Below, piece after piece: positions 1-9,012 of a stretch of DNA of 64,000 nucleotides (positions within the stretch are counted from its first letter, which is position 1; each line of letters starts with the position of its first letter). The position numbers were made by a program, and so were the translations under genes. Source of the stretch: Alphaproteobacteria bacterium (lineage in GTDB: Bacteria; Pseudomonadota; Alphaproteobacteria; Bin95). The stretch spans positions 768,001 through 832,000 of the forward strand of contig OZ219787.1 of the NCBI GenBank assembly GCA_964291285.2. Reading direction: 5' to 3'. Below the pieces are notes generated by a model. That model made no database searches. It was given only the letters and a program-made list of their open reading frames with translations, and was not told the origin of the DNA.

Positions 1-399
1 GCGCAGGACCTCAGCAGGATCGACGGCCGCCTTCAGGCCTCCAGCGACCGCCGGGCCGAAGCCGGCGCCGCGGCGCGCGACCTCTCCGAGGCCTGCACCC
101 AGGTCCTCGGGTTCCAGCAGTGGGCCGCCGAGAACGAACGTCCCGTTCACGAGGCCCCCAACTTCAAGGAATGGCGCGACAGCGCGGACCGGATCCTCAC
201 GCGCTGCGAGACCATGCGCAACGACCCCGAGCTTGCGCCCCACCTCGAACGCGCCGGCGCCTCGGCCGAAACTACCGAAATCGCCGTCGCCCTCCTCCGC
301 GACGAGCGCTTCCAGCGCCCGGTCGTGCCCGAACTGCCCATGGCCCAGCACCGGGCCCGGCAGGAGAGCATGGAAGAAGGCCGGTCCATGAGCGTCTGA
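1..399 (+). CDS. C-terminal part of a helical-repeat protein (5' end outside window; paralog of next two genes, possibly a relaxase tail)
   Basis: Frame 1 is open from base 1 to TGA 399. ...PVHEAPNFKEWRDSAD...LLRDERF...GRSMSV matches the C-termini of 445..1818 and 1859..4837. Confidence 0.75.
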   Translation, partial: AQDLSRIDGRLQASSDRRAEAGAAARDLSEACTQVLGFQQWAAENERPVHEAPNFKEWRDSADRILTRCETMRNDPELAPHLERAGASAETTEIAVALLRDERFQRPVVPELPMAQHRARQESMEEGRSMSV

Positions 400-444
400 C
401 CGGCACCCATCGACACCCCCAAAAGCCGATCCGGAGTTCAACCC

Positions 445-1818
445 ATGTCCACAAATCCCGATGCCCGTCCGCCCGACCGCATGAAAAAAGCGCTCTCCTC
501 CTGGCTGCAGCGCGTCGAGGAGAACCCCAAGGCGGATGCGATCACCGATGTCGTCTTCGATGATGACGAGGTCCCACTCGCAGCCAGGACGCTCGTCCTC
601 GATACCTTCCGGAGGAATTGCGAGCAGCTCTTTGCGGCCGACGACATCCCCGGCGATCTCGATTTCGTACGCGTCCTCAAGCGTTCGTTCGAACAACACG
701 ACAAGAGAATGGACGGCGCGCTCGAATCCCCCTGGCAGCCCGCCACGCCCAAGCGGACCTGGGACACCATCAAGGAGATCTACAGATCAATTTACGAAGC
801 CGCCGGCTCCAGAATCGACGGCATAGCCTACCAAAAGGGATTCCCGTTCCTCTACGACCTTGTCGAGAAGGCGGAGTTTGCCGCCCACTACCCCGACCAT
901 GCGGAAGACAAGCTCCAAGCGCTGCTCCTCACGCTCAAAACGCAGCAGAAGCTTACTTTTGCTGTCTACAACCTCACCGGCGCCCTCCATGGCGCCTGCG
1001 GGCGCCTCGATCATCTGCAGGAACTGGCCCGCAACCTTTACCATCAGCCCTTTCTGCAAACCGAGGATTATTTCGAATGGCTTCCCGAACGCGATGAAAT
1101 CTTCGCGAAACTGCACGAACTGCGCGCCGATCCCGTCCTGAAACACCACGTGCCCTTTCTCGACATCGAGCGCCGCCTCGATCGCATCGCCGCCCCCAGC
1201 CTGCCCACGGCGTTCCACCCGTTCCTGGAGGCCCATAGGAACCGCCTCGACTTCAGCCCCGAAATGGAGGAAGTCGCCGCCATCTACGGCCGCGCCCACG
1301 CGGACATGGGCGACGCCGATCTCGTTCCTTACTCTGCAGCGCACTTCGCCGACCTTGAGATCGCCATCGAAACCGCGATCAGCGCTGCCGCAGACAACCC
1401 GCGCCAGCTCGGTTCGCTCTATGCCCTGCAGGCCCAGCTCGCGATCTCCACCGGCCGCCGCGAAACCGCCCACGCCGGAATCGAAGACCTGACCGAGGTC
1501 TCGACACAACTCACCAGCCTGCAGGCCTGGGCCTCGTCGAACCGGCAGCCCATCCACCGGGCCCCGGGGTTCGCGGCCTGGCGAGACCGGGCCGACGAGG
1601 TCCACGACCGCTGCCAGCGTATGCGCACGGATTACCTTCTCTGTCCCCACTTCCAGCGAACCGGCGTGTCCGACGACTCTGTTGCGATGACCCTCGCCCT
1701 CCTTCGGGACAGCCGGTTCCAGAAGCCTCCCTCACCCGAGCAGATCGCCGCGCAGCGCCAGGCCCGCGCCCTGGCCCGCGCAGACTCCCGCGAGGAATCG
1801 GCCTCCATGAGCGCCTGA
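445..1818 (+). CDS. hypothetical protein with two copies of a ~125-aa helical repeat, ends SMSA
   Basis: 457-aa ORF, GGAG RBS upstream, clear paralogy to neighbours. Confidence 0.8.
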   Translation: MSTNPDARPPDRMKKALSSWLQRVEENPKADAITDVVFDDDEVPLAARTLVLDTFRRNCEQLFAADDIPGDLDFVRVLKRSFEQHDKRMDGALESPWQPATPKRTWDTIKEIYRSIYEAAGSRIDGIAYQKGFPFLYDLVEKAEFAAHYPDHAEDKLQALLLTLKTQQKLTFAVYNLTGALHGACGRLDHLQELARNLYHQPFLQTEDYFEWLPERDEIFAKLHELRADPVLKHHVPFLDIERRLDRIAAPSLPTAFHPFLEAHRNRLDFSPEMEEVAAIYGRAHADMGDADLVPYSAAHFADLEIAIETAISAAADNPRQLGSLYALQAQLAISTGRRETAHAGIEDLTEVSTQLTSLQAWASSNRQPIHRAPGFAAWRDRADEVHDRCQRMRTDYLLCPHFQRTGVSDDSVAMTLALLRDSRFQKPPSPEQIAAQRQARALARADSREESASMSA

Positions 1819-1858
1819 CCGGACGCTCACCGCAGAAAACCCAGGAGAGCATCCAGCC

Positions 1859-4837
1859 ATGAACCCCGAACTGCATGCCTTCTTCCTCGACCCGTCCGCA
1901 TCCGGACATTTCCTGCATGCCGAGCTCTCCCAGGCCTATCGCCGCGCATATGAACAGGCCGGCGGCCAGCACGAACTCATGGCCTATGCCGACGACTTCG
2001 ACTTCCTGCTCGAGGAAACCCGCGAGTATCTCGACGACGAGGCGGAACACCACCTCTACCCGGAATATGTCACCAACCTTGCCAACCTTCAGACCGCTCT
2101 CCGGGCCATGGGACGACGCTCCGCCCAGGCCAGCGAACTGCTGATCGAAATCCGACAACGCCTTGAGGAGATCGAAGACCTCCGTATCCGCTACGGCGAA
2201 GGCCTGCTGGCCGGAGACGACGGCGCCTACGACAGCTGGCTGGAAGCCCGCCAACGCACCCTCGCGGAAGTCGAACGCCTCCGCGCCGATCCCGACATGG
2301 CCCCCCACCTCGACCGCGTGCTGACCAACCTTGCCGAACTCGCCAATGCCGCGACGCCGGCGACCCTCGCCGAAGCCGCCGCTGCCGCAGCATCCCCACC
2401 GGCGCCGGCCCCGGACGAAACCGCCTCCGTTGCACCCGCCGCCGATGCCGGCCTGCAATCCCAAGCCGAGGCCTCAACCGTCCACGCTCCGGAGAACGAC
2501 CGCCCCCTGGTGTGGGCCGGCATCGGCTCGCGCGGGAATACCCGGGAACCGATGCCCCCTTCCGTCCTCACCGACATGACCGAACTGGCACGCCGGATGG
2601 CGGCCGCCGGCTGGCACCTCTCTTCCGGAGGCGCGGACGGCTCCGACACGGCCTTCGCCAACGGCACCCCCGTCGACCAGCGCACGATCTGGGTCCCCTG
2701 GGCCGGTTACAACGACCTCTCCGGACCCGACTGCCACCCGATCCCGCGAGACCGCCTGCAGCAGTCCCTGGACCTTGCAGAACGCATCCACCCCGCCTGG
2801 GACAAGTGCTCCCAGGGCATGCGCAAGCTCCACGCGCGCAACGGCCTGATCCTGCTCGGCCGCGACCTCGACCGTCCTGTCGATGCCGTCGTCGCCTACA
2901 CCCAGGGCGGCAAGCTCCAGGGCGGCACCGCCCAGGGCCTCCGCATCGCCATGGAGCACAACATCCCGATCTTCAATCTCGGCTCCATGACGATGGAACA
3001 GGCCTGGGAAAAGCTCCAGGCCCTGCAACGCTCCCTCCGGCCTGACGCAGCGGTCCGGTCCGCAGCCGAAACCGCCCGGAAGGAGGCAACGGGGCAGGGC
3101 GCTTCACGCAGCTACGACGCCGACACCGCCTGCGTCTTCCGATTCAGCCGCGACGAATGGGGCGTCTTCAGTAACTTCTTCCCGTCCATCCAGGCGATCC
3201 ACGCCGCCGGACACATATTCAAGACCTCGGAGCATCTCTACCAGGCGGCGAAGTTCCGCGAGTCCCCCGACGTCCAGGCGCGGATCGCGGGCGCCCCATC
3301 GGCGAAAGACGCCGCCACCATGGGCCGCGACACCGCCAATCCGCTGGACGCCGACTGGAACGCTCGCCGCATGAACGCCATGCGCTGGGTCATCCGGATG
3401 AAGCGCGAGGCCAATCCCGAGCTGGTCAATGCCGCCCTCCAGAAGACCGGCGATCGGCCGATCGTCGAGTTCTCCCGCCACGATTCCTTCTGGGGCGCGC
3501 AATCCCAGGGCAACAACCTGGTCGGTCAGAACATCCTCGGACGGCTCTGGATGGAGCTCCGCCAGCACATACGCGACGGCGATCCCCGCGCGCTCGCTTC
3601 CGCCTGGGAGGATCCGCTCACCCCAAAAACGGTCGCCCGGGCGCCTGCAGCTCAAACCGCTGAAGCGGACCTGCCCGAAGCGCCCGGGCTCACCACCCGC
3701 CGCGAGTTTCTGCAGACCTCGGGCAACACCTGGGCCGCCGCCCACGAGGACCCGGCCGCGGCCGCCGCAACCTGGCAGAGCATCAAGACAGACTACGCCT
3801 CGCTGTACGCCGCGTCGGGAGACCGCATCCACCACCTTCCCTACCAGGAAGGCTTCGCAGGGTTTCGCGATCTCGTCGCCGGCGCCGTGCGGGACGGCGC
3901 GTGCCCGCCCGAGCACCGGGACCGCCTCCAGGCCCTGCACCAGACCCTCGAAACCCAGGCCGGCCGTCACGACACGGTCACCGACGCCGCGAGCCGTCTC
4001 GACGATGCGTTCTCACGCCTTCAGGACCTGAAGGAGAAGGCGAACTCGGAAGAGGGACATACCATCGAGACCATGCCGGGCTACACCGCCTGGCTCCGCG
4101 ACCGCGATGCGGCCGTGGCGCGCTGGCACGAGCTGGCCGCGGACCCGGCGCACCGGGAGCACATGCACATCGTGGCGCCCGACATGATGGCGCCGCGCAT
4201 CACCGAGCTCTCGAACGGCCCGCTCGCCAGCATCCACCAGCCACGCGCCGACACCCCGGTCCCTTCACCCGGACAAGACGTCTACACGCCCTCCCTGCAG
4301 CCGCTCTCCCGGGTCTATGACCGCGCCATGGCATTCGTGGACCGCGACCCGAACCTCCTGCCCTACGCTCCGCAGTTCGACGAGCTGAAGGCAGCCCTGT
4401 CGACGGCCCTCGACGAATGCAGCCACACGCCCGATCTCGTGACCAGGCTCACCGCCCTGCGCACGGCGCTGGACGAAAACCAGGAGCTCAAAAGCCGCGC
4501 AGAAGCCGTCACCGAAAGCGTCTCCAGGGCCGGCCACACGCTTTGCAGCATGAAGAGCTGGGCCACAGACGCCGGCAGACCCGTTCACGAAGCGCCCCGG
4601 TTCAAGACCTGGCGCGAGGAGGCCGACCGTGCACTGCAGGACTACGACGCGGCCGCGACGACCCCGGGCCTGGCCGTTCATCTCGCCCGCGCCGACAGCC
4701 TTGGCGTCCTCGCCGAAACCGCGGTCCCGATGCTCCGCGACGACTCCTTTCGCGAACCGGTCGCCGCCCAGGCCTCGCTGGCTGCCAGCCGGCAGCGTTC
4801 GGAACAGGCCGAAGAGCATTACTCGATGAGCATCTGA
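1859..4837 (+). CDS. multidomain protein: helical repeat + SLOG (DprA/Smf-like) + NADAR + two helical repeats, ends SMSI
   Basis: AGIGSR..SGGADGSD..GGTAQG..IPIFNL (SLOG); FSNF..SEHLYQAAKF..IVE..DSFWG..GQNILGRLWMELR (NADAR); AGGAG RBS. Confidence 0.85.
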   Translation: MNPELHAFFLDPSASGHFLHAELSQAYRRAYEQAGGQHELMAYADDFDFLLEETREYLDDEAEHHLYPEYVTNLANLQTALRAMGRRSAQASELLIEIRQRLEEIEDLRIRYGEGLLAGDDGAYDSWLEARQRTLAEVERLRADPDMAPHLDRVLTNLAELANAATPATLAEAAAAAASPPAPAPDETASVAPAADAGLQSQAEASTVHAPENDRPLVWAGIGSRGNTREPMPPSVLTDMTELARRMAAAGWHLSSGGADGSDTAFANGTPVDQRTIWVPWAGYNDLSGPDCHPIPRDRLQQSLDLAERIHPAWDKCSQGMRKLHARNGLILLGRDLDRPVDAVVAYTQGGKLQGGTAQGLRIAMEHNIPIFNLGSMTMEQAWEKLQALQRSLRPDAAVRSAAETARKEATGQGASRSYDADTACVFRFSRDEWGVFSNFFPSIQAIHAAGHIFKTSEHLYQAAKFRESPDVQARIAGAPSAKDAATMGRDTANPLDADWNARRMNAMRWVIRMKREANPELVNAALQKTGDRPIVEFSRHDSFWGAQSQGNNLVGQNILGRLWMELRQHIRDGDPRALASAWEDPLTPKTVARAPAAQTAEADLPEAPGLTTRREFLQTSGNTWAAAHEDPAAAAATWQSIKTDYASLYAASGDRIHHLPYQEGFAGFRDLVAGAVRDGACPPEHRDRLQALHQTLETQAGRHDTVTDAASRLDDAFSRLQDLKEKANSEEGHTIETMPGYTAWLRDRDAAVARWHELAADPAHREHMHIVAPDMMAPRITELSNGPLASIHQPRADTPVPSPGQDVYTPSLQPLSRVYDRAMAFVDRDPNLLPYAPQFDELKAALSTALDECSHTPDLVTRLTALRTALDENQELKSRAEAVTESVSRAGHTLCSMKSWATDAGRPVHEAPRFKTWREEADRALQDYDAAATTPGLAVHLARADSLGVLAETAVPMLRDDSFREPVAAQASLAASRQRSEQAEEHYSMSI

Positions 4838-4856
4838 CGCGCCGCGGAGGAGAACC

Positions 4857-6341
4857 CTGACCGAAAGCCGCCTCACCCCAAGACAGCTCTCCGACCTGCT
4901 CAAACCCCAGGCCGAGGCCGTCTGCCGGCATTACCTTCCGGCCGGCCGGAAAACCGGCGACTACTGGCAGGTCGGCGACGTCCACAACAACCCGGGCCAA
5001 TCCCTTTACGTCCATCTGACCGGAAGGAAGGCCGGGCGCTGGAAGGATACCGCCACGGGCGAAGACGGCGACCTCCTCGACCTCATCAAACATGCGCGCG
5101 GCCATCTCAAGCTCGGGCACGCCATGGCCGAAGCCAGGCAGATCCTCGGGATCACCGACGCGCCCCGCAACGCGGATCCCAAACCGAAACCCGCACCCGC
5201 CGCGCCCAGGCCGGCCGCGCAGCCTGTCGAGAACGATGACGGCGATGTTTCGTCCAACACCGCCAACGCGCGCCGCCTCTGGGAGCGCTGCAGGCCGCTC
5301 ACCGACACCGATGCGGCGATCTATCTCCATTCCCGGGGCATCTCGGACATCGCCCACGACTCCCTGCGCTACCATCCCGAAGTGATCTACCGCGACGACA
5401 GCTTCGTCACCCGGGCTCCCGCCATGGTCGCCGCCATCAAGGCCCCGGACGGCTCGATCAACGCCGTCCACCGCACCTGGCTCGACGCAAGCGGAACCGG
5501 GAAGGCCAATCTGCGCGAGCCCCGCAAGCTGCTCGGATACGCCAAGGGCCACGGCGTCCTGTTCCATCCCGAACGCGCCGATCGGAACGATATCGTCGTC
5601 GGTGAAGGCATCGAAACCGTGCTGTCCGTCACCTCCGCCATCCCGGGCTGCGCCGGCATCGCGACCCTCTCCTCTTCGGTGATGGCCGGCATCGCCATAC
5701 CCGCCTCCCTCGGCCGGGTGCTCATCGCCGTCGACCGCGACAAGTCCGGCTACCCGGCCGCCATGAAGCTCGAAGAGCGCCTTCGGGAAGAGGGCCGGCC
5801 GGTTCGCCTTATCCTTCCCCAGCGAAACGACTTCAACGATGACCTGATGGCGCTCGGCGCCAGCGGCCTGCGCGAACACGTACAGGCCCAGCTGGCCGCC
5901 CCGGCCCTGCAGTTGCCCGGAGAGATCCCGCCGCCCCCGGCGCCGTGCTCCGAGCAGCCCGCCGCCCCCGAGCCCGTGCTCGCCCTGGCGCGCAGCGCGC
6001 TCTCCTCGGACGCCTCCCAGTTCGGCCTGGTCGCGCTGGACGAGGTCGACCACAAGGGGCTGGCGAAAACCATCCACTTCGAGAAAACGCCCAACGAACA
6101 GCAGGTGCGCACCTGCGCCCGCGCCTGGGCCGACGTCGCCACAATCGCCGCGCGCCAGAAGGGCATACGCAAGGTCCTCGTGCTCGCGGATGCCTGGCTG
6201 ATTCCGCCCCTCGAGCGCGAGCTCCGCGCCCGGCAGCTCATCCCCGTCTATCCGCACCTCGTCACCCGAAAGATCGATACCCCCTCAGGGCCCCGGTGGG
6301 ACCGCAAGCTCATCGGCATCGTGCCCTCCCTCCGGGACTGA
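4857..6341 (+). CDS. DUF7146/Toprim primase-like protein with extra C-terminal alpha/beta domain; probable CTG start
   Basis: The frame of ORF 5124..6341 is open back to CTG 4857 after GGAGG. The extension (QAEAVCRHYLPAG..YW..GDV) matches the N-terminus of 9013..9996. Toprim motifs VGEGIET, DRD, DFND. Confidence 0.8.
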   Translation: MTESRLTPRQLSDLLKPQAEAVCRHYLPAGRKTGDYWQVGDVHNNPGQSLYVHLTGRKAGRWKDTATGEDGDLLDLIKHARGHLKLGHAMAEARQILGITDAPRNADPKPKPAPAAPRPAAQPVENDDGDVSSNTANARRLWERCRPLTDTDAAIYLHSRGISDIAHDSLRYHPEVIYRDDSFVTRAPAMVAAIKAPDGSINAVHRTWLDASGTGKANLREPRKLLGYAKGHGVLFHPERADRNDIVVGEGIETVLSVTSAIPGCAGIATLSSSVMAGIAIPASLGRVLIAVDRDKSGYPAAMKLEERLREEGRPVRLILPQRNDFNDDLMALGASGLREHVQAQLAAPALQLPGEIPPPPAPCSEQPAAPEPVLALARSALSSDASQFGLVALDEVDHKGLAKTIHFEKTPNEQQVRTCARAWADVATIAARQKGIRKVLVLADAWLIPPLERELRARQLIPVYPHLVTRKIDTPSGPRWDRKLIGIVPSLRD

Positions 6342-6507
6342 AACCTCCCCGCCGGCGTCGCCCGACTTGCATGCCGAAAGGGAGAGGAAAGCGAAATGCG
6401 TGCGAACCCGCCTGGACCGGGCCTGGACCGGACGGAGCCTGATTCCCCGTCAACGAGCCCGGCGCCGGCGCCACGCACCACCGCGCCAATCCCGGAAAGG
6501 AACACGG

Positions 6508-7386
6508 ATGGCTGACACGAAACGCATCTCCGAGCTCACGGAGACCATGCCGGCCGAGGCCTCCACCAACCCGCCGCACGACGAGACGAAGAACCGGAAA
6601 GCCTTCAACACCGTCTCGCTCGGCGCCTGGCTCGACGTCTGCAAGGCGGCCGGCGTCGATACCGTCCCGGCAACCGAGATCGGCCGGATCGAGATCGAGA
6701 ACCTCATCGTCGCCCTCGACGACCCGGAAAGCACCGAAGAGACCGACGCCACCAGGGCGCTCAAAGCCTTCTGGGCGAAGATCGAGACCGCCAAGAAGCC
6801 CGGCACCATGATCCGCTGGGACTGCTGCACCTGCGCCGAGGTGAAGCACCGCCTCGACACCGGCAGGCCCGAGTGGCACCAGGATCTGCTCGACTGCTTC
6901 TATATCGACGACTTCCGCGCGACCGATATCATCTTCGAGTATCCCGACACCGTCATCGCGGCATGGTCGAGACCGTGGATGCGGGCGCGCCTCGTGGACG
7001 GCTACCCGGTCGAATATCGCGTCTTCGTCGAAGCCGACGAGTTCATCGGCGTCAGCAGCTACTATCCGCAACGGCCGCTGCCGGACAGCCCCGCGGTGCG
7101 CGAGGACGTGGCCGCATGTCTTGCTGAAACCTCCAAGCTGATCGCCGCCCTTCCGACGCCCCTCGAATATCCGGGGTGGCCCGAACGGCCCCTGTCTCCC
7201 GACAGCAGGAGCTTCACCGCGGACTTCATGCGCCTGGAGGACGGGCGCTTCCTCTACCTCGAAGGCGGACCGCCCTTCGGCGCCGGCGCGCATCCCTGCT
7301 GCTTCGAGCATTTCGACAAGTGGGCCGACGCCGCCGCATTCCACCTTTCCGGCGTCCCCGTCGCACTGAAGAGAGCCCCATCATGA
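6508..7386 (+). CDS. ATP-grasp fold protein, R2K/Cdc123-like
   Basis: RPW..EYRVFV..IGVSSYY..FTADF..LYLEGGPPF..HPCCF pattern; ATG 6508 after AAGGA. Confidence 0.6.
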   Translation: MADTKRISELTETMPAEASTNPPHDETKNRKAFNTVSLGAWLDVCKAAGVDTVPATEIGRIEIENLIVALDDPESTEETDATRALKAFWAKIETAKKPGTMIRWDCCTCAEVKHRLDTGRPEWHQDLLDCFYIDDFRATDIIFEYPDTVIAAWSRPWMRARLVDGYPVEYRVFVEADEFIGVSSYYPQRPLPDSPAVREDVAACLAETSKLIAALPTPLEYPGWPERPLSPDSRSFTADFMRLEDGRFLYLEGGPPFGAGAHPCCFEHFDKWADAAAFHLSGVPVALKRAPS

Positions 7387-7763
7387 ACGCCGGCGCCCCG
7401 GCCGCGGCATCCACAGCCGCCAGGTGCAGCAGCACAGATTCCAACGCCGCCGCGACCGCCCTCGATACGCTCACCAGGGACCAGCTGCTGGACGTCCTCG
7501 AAACCGTCCCGCAAAGCTATTGGCCCCCGCGCCCGACACGGCAGGACAAGGCGGAACTGAAAGCCCGCATCTTCCAGGCCCTCCAGTCCCGGAAGTCCGC
7601 TCAAATCGCACGGGCCATCTTCCAGGCTGCCCGCCTGCACGACTGGCAAGACGAAGTGCGCAACTCGCACAGCTGGCTCCAGCGTTGCACGCGCTGCGGA
7701 GCAACGCGCGAGAAGCACCGCCAACATCGCCGCGACATCTGGCCCGTCTGGACCTACCGCTGA
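7383..7763 (+). CDS. hypothetical protein with C-terminal HxW..CxxC Zn-ribbon-like motif
   Basis: ATGA overlap with the upstream stop; HDW...CTRCG. Confidence 0.55.
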   Translation: MNAGAPAAASTAARCSSTDSNAAATALDTLTRDQLLDVLETVPQSYWPPRPTRQDKAELKARIFQALQSRKSAQIARAIFQAARLHDWQDEVRNSHSWLQRCTRCGATREKHRQHRRDIWPVWTYR

Positions 7764-7891
7764 CCGGACCTCCGGACCGCCGCGCCTGCCGGCGAGGGAC
7801 CCGGAGGAGAAGGAAAGCCTCCCCGGCTCGAACCGGTCCGAAAGAGAGATCCGCTCCGGACCCTCAACATCCTGCACAGGGAACCAGAGGC

Positions 7892-8134
7892 ATGCCTTCC
7901 ACCAAGCCACGCCGCCGGCGCGCAAAACGGCGCCAGGTCAAGCCGGCGCCTGTCCGTTCCTTCGACAACCGCCCGAAGGCGGAGGAGACCGCCAGCTCAC
8001 TTTCCGCGCCTATCATCTACGCCGACCACAGCGGACCCAAAGGCGAACGCCGCTGGAAGATCGAGGCCGCTACCGGGCTCAAGTCCTGCTCGCGGGTCAG
8101 AGGATGGTTGCGCACGGACGGCAAAATCGTTTGA
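7892..8134 (+). CDS. small basic hypothetical protein
   Basis: ATG after AGGGA/GAGG; same strand and codon style as the block. Confidence 0.4.
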   Translation: MPSTKPRRRRAKRRQVKPAPVRSFDNRPKAEETASSLSAPIIYADHSGPKGERRWKIEAATGLKSCSRVRGWLRTDGKIV

Positions 8135-8190
8135 GCCGCGCCAACCTCACACGGACCGCCCGATCCCCTCCTCGCACAGGGAGCACACCC

Positions 8191-8424
8191 ATGCCCCGCA
8201 AGCCCACCGACTCCGGCACTCCTCCCGCCAGGAAACACCTCGACCGGGCCCGCCGCATGGGCCGTGCCGCCTTCCGGAACGGCAACTGGCGCGGGAACCT
8301 GGTCGCCCGCCTTTGCCACCCCGCCACCGCGCAGGCCTACGAGAACGGATATGACACCGCCCGCGTCAAGGCCGCCCTGCGCTACCCCGGAACCAGTTCC
8401 GGATACACCGGAGGCTGGTTCTGA
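8191..8424 (+). CDS. small hypothetical protein
   Basis: ATG after AGGGAG; C-ending codon usage. Confidence 0.45.
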   Translation: MPRKPTDSGTPPARKHLDRARRMGRAAFRNGNWRGNLVARLCHPATAQAYENGYDTARVKAALRYPGTSSGYTGGWF

Positions 8425-8551
8425 ATACGTCTCTCCCGTGCCAGCACCCGACGGCCCGAAAGGAGAAAGGAAAGCCTCATGGCCGTGAACCTGCGTGAGC
8501 CGGGTCACCGGCTTCGCGTTCTTGAAACTTCGGTCGAAGAGGAATAGATCG

Positions 8552-8908
8552 ATGGCTGTCATGGAATCCCAAGGCCTCATTTCCTGGACGATGGCCCACC
8601 CCGATGCGGCCACGGCCCTGGCCACCATGGCCCTCGTTGCAGTGGGCCTTTTCATCGGCGCCGGCCAGATCGGCATCGTCTTCTACGGCATCAGGAAAAT
8701 GACTGACGGCAATGCCGCGCGGACCGCGCAGCACAAGGAAGTCATGGAAACCGAAGCCAACCGGCACACCGAGACCATGGAAGCCGAAACCAGACGGCAC
8801 ACCGAAGCCATGGACGCCGAGAGAAACAGGCACCAGGAGGCGATGAAGGCCCTCAACGCCCTCATCCGGAACTCCGGACGTCGAAACCGGCCGATCCCGG
8901 CGAGGTAA
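8552..8908 (+). CDS. membrane-anchored protein with four 11-aa His-containing repeats
   Basis: Hydrophobic N-terminal segment, then HKEVMETEANR/HTETMEAETRR/HTEAMDAERNR/HQEAM; GAGGA RBS. Confidence 0.65.
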   Translation: MAVMESQGLISWTMAHPDAATALATMALVAVGLFIGAGQIGIVFYGIRKMTDGNAARTAQHKEVMETEANRHTETMEAETRRHTEAMDAERNRHQEAMKALNALIRNSGRRNRPIPAR

Positions 8909-8951
8909 ACCGCCGGCGTCGCGGCGCCTTTCCATACCGCATCACTCTCCG

Positions 8952-8987
8952 AACACGGGCCCTGCAGCAGCAGCGGCCCGTTTTTCG
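8952..8987 (+). terminator. hairpin with U-tract (copy 1 of a repeated element)
   Basis: ACGGGCC...GGCCCGT stem followed by TTTT; near-copy at 14061-14096. Confidence 0.5.
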
Positions 8988-9012
8988 TGTCCGCTCCCCA
9001 GGGAGATCCGTC

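Noticed and set aside
1859-4837. Calling the SLOG domain a genuine competence DprA, or the NADAR part of a DarTG pair
   Set aside because: Lacks DprA SAM/winged-helix context and competence neighbours; no ADP-ribosyltransferase gene adjacent.
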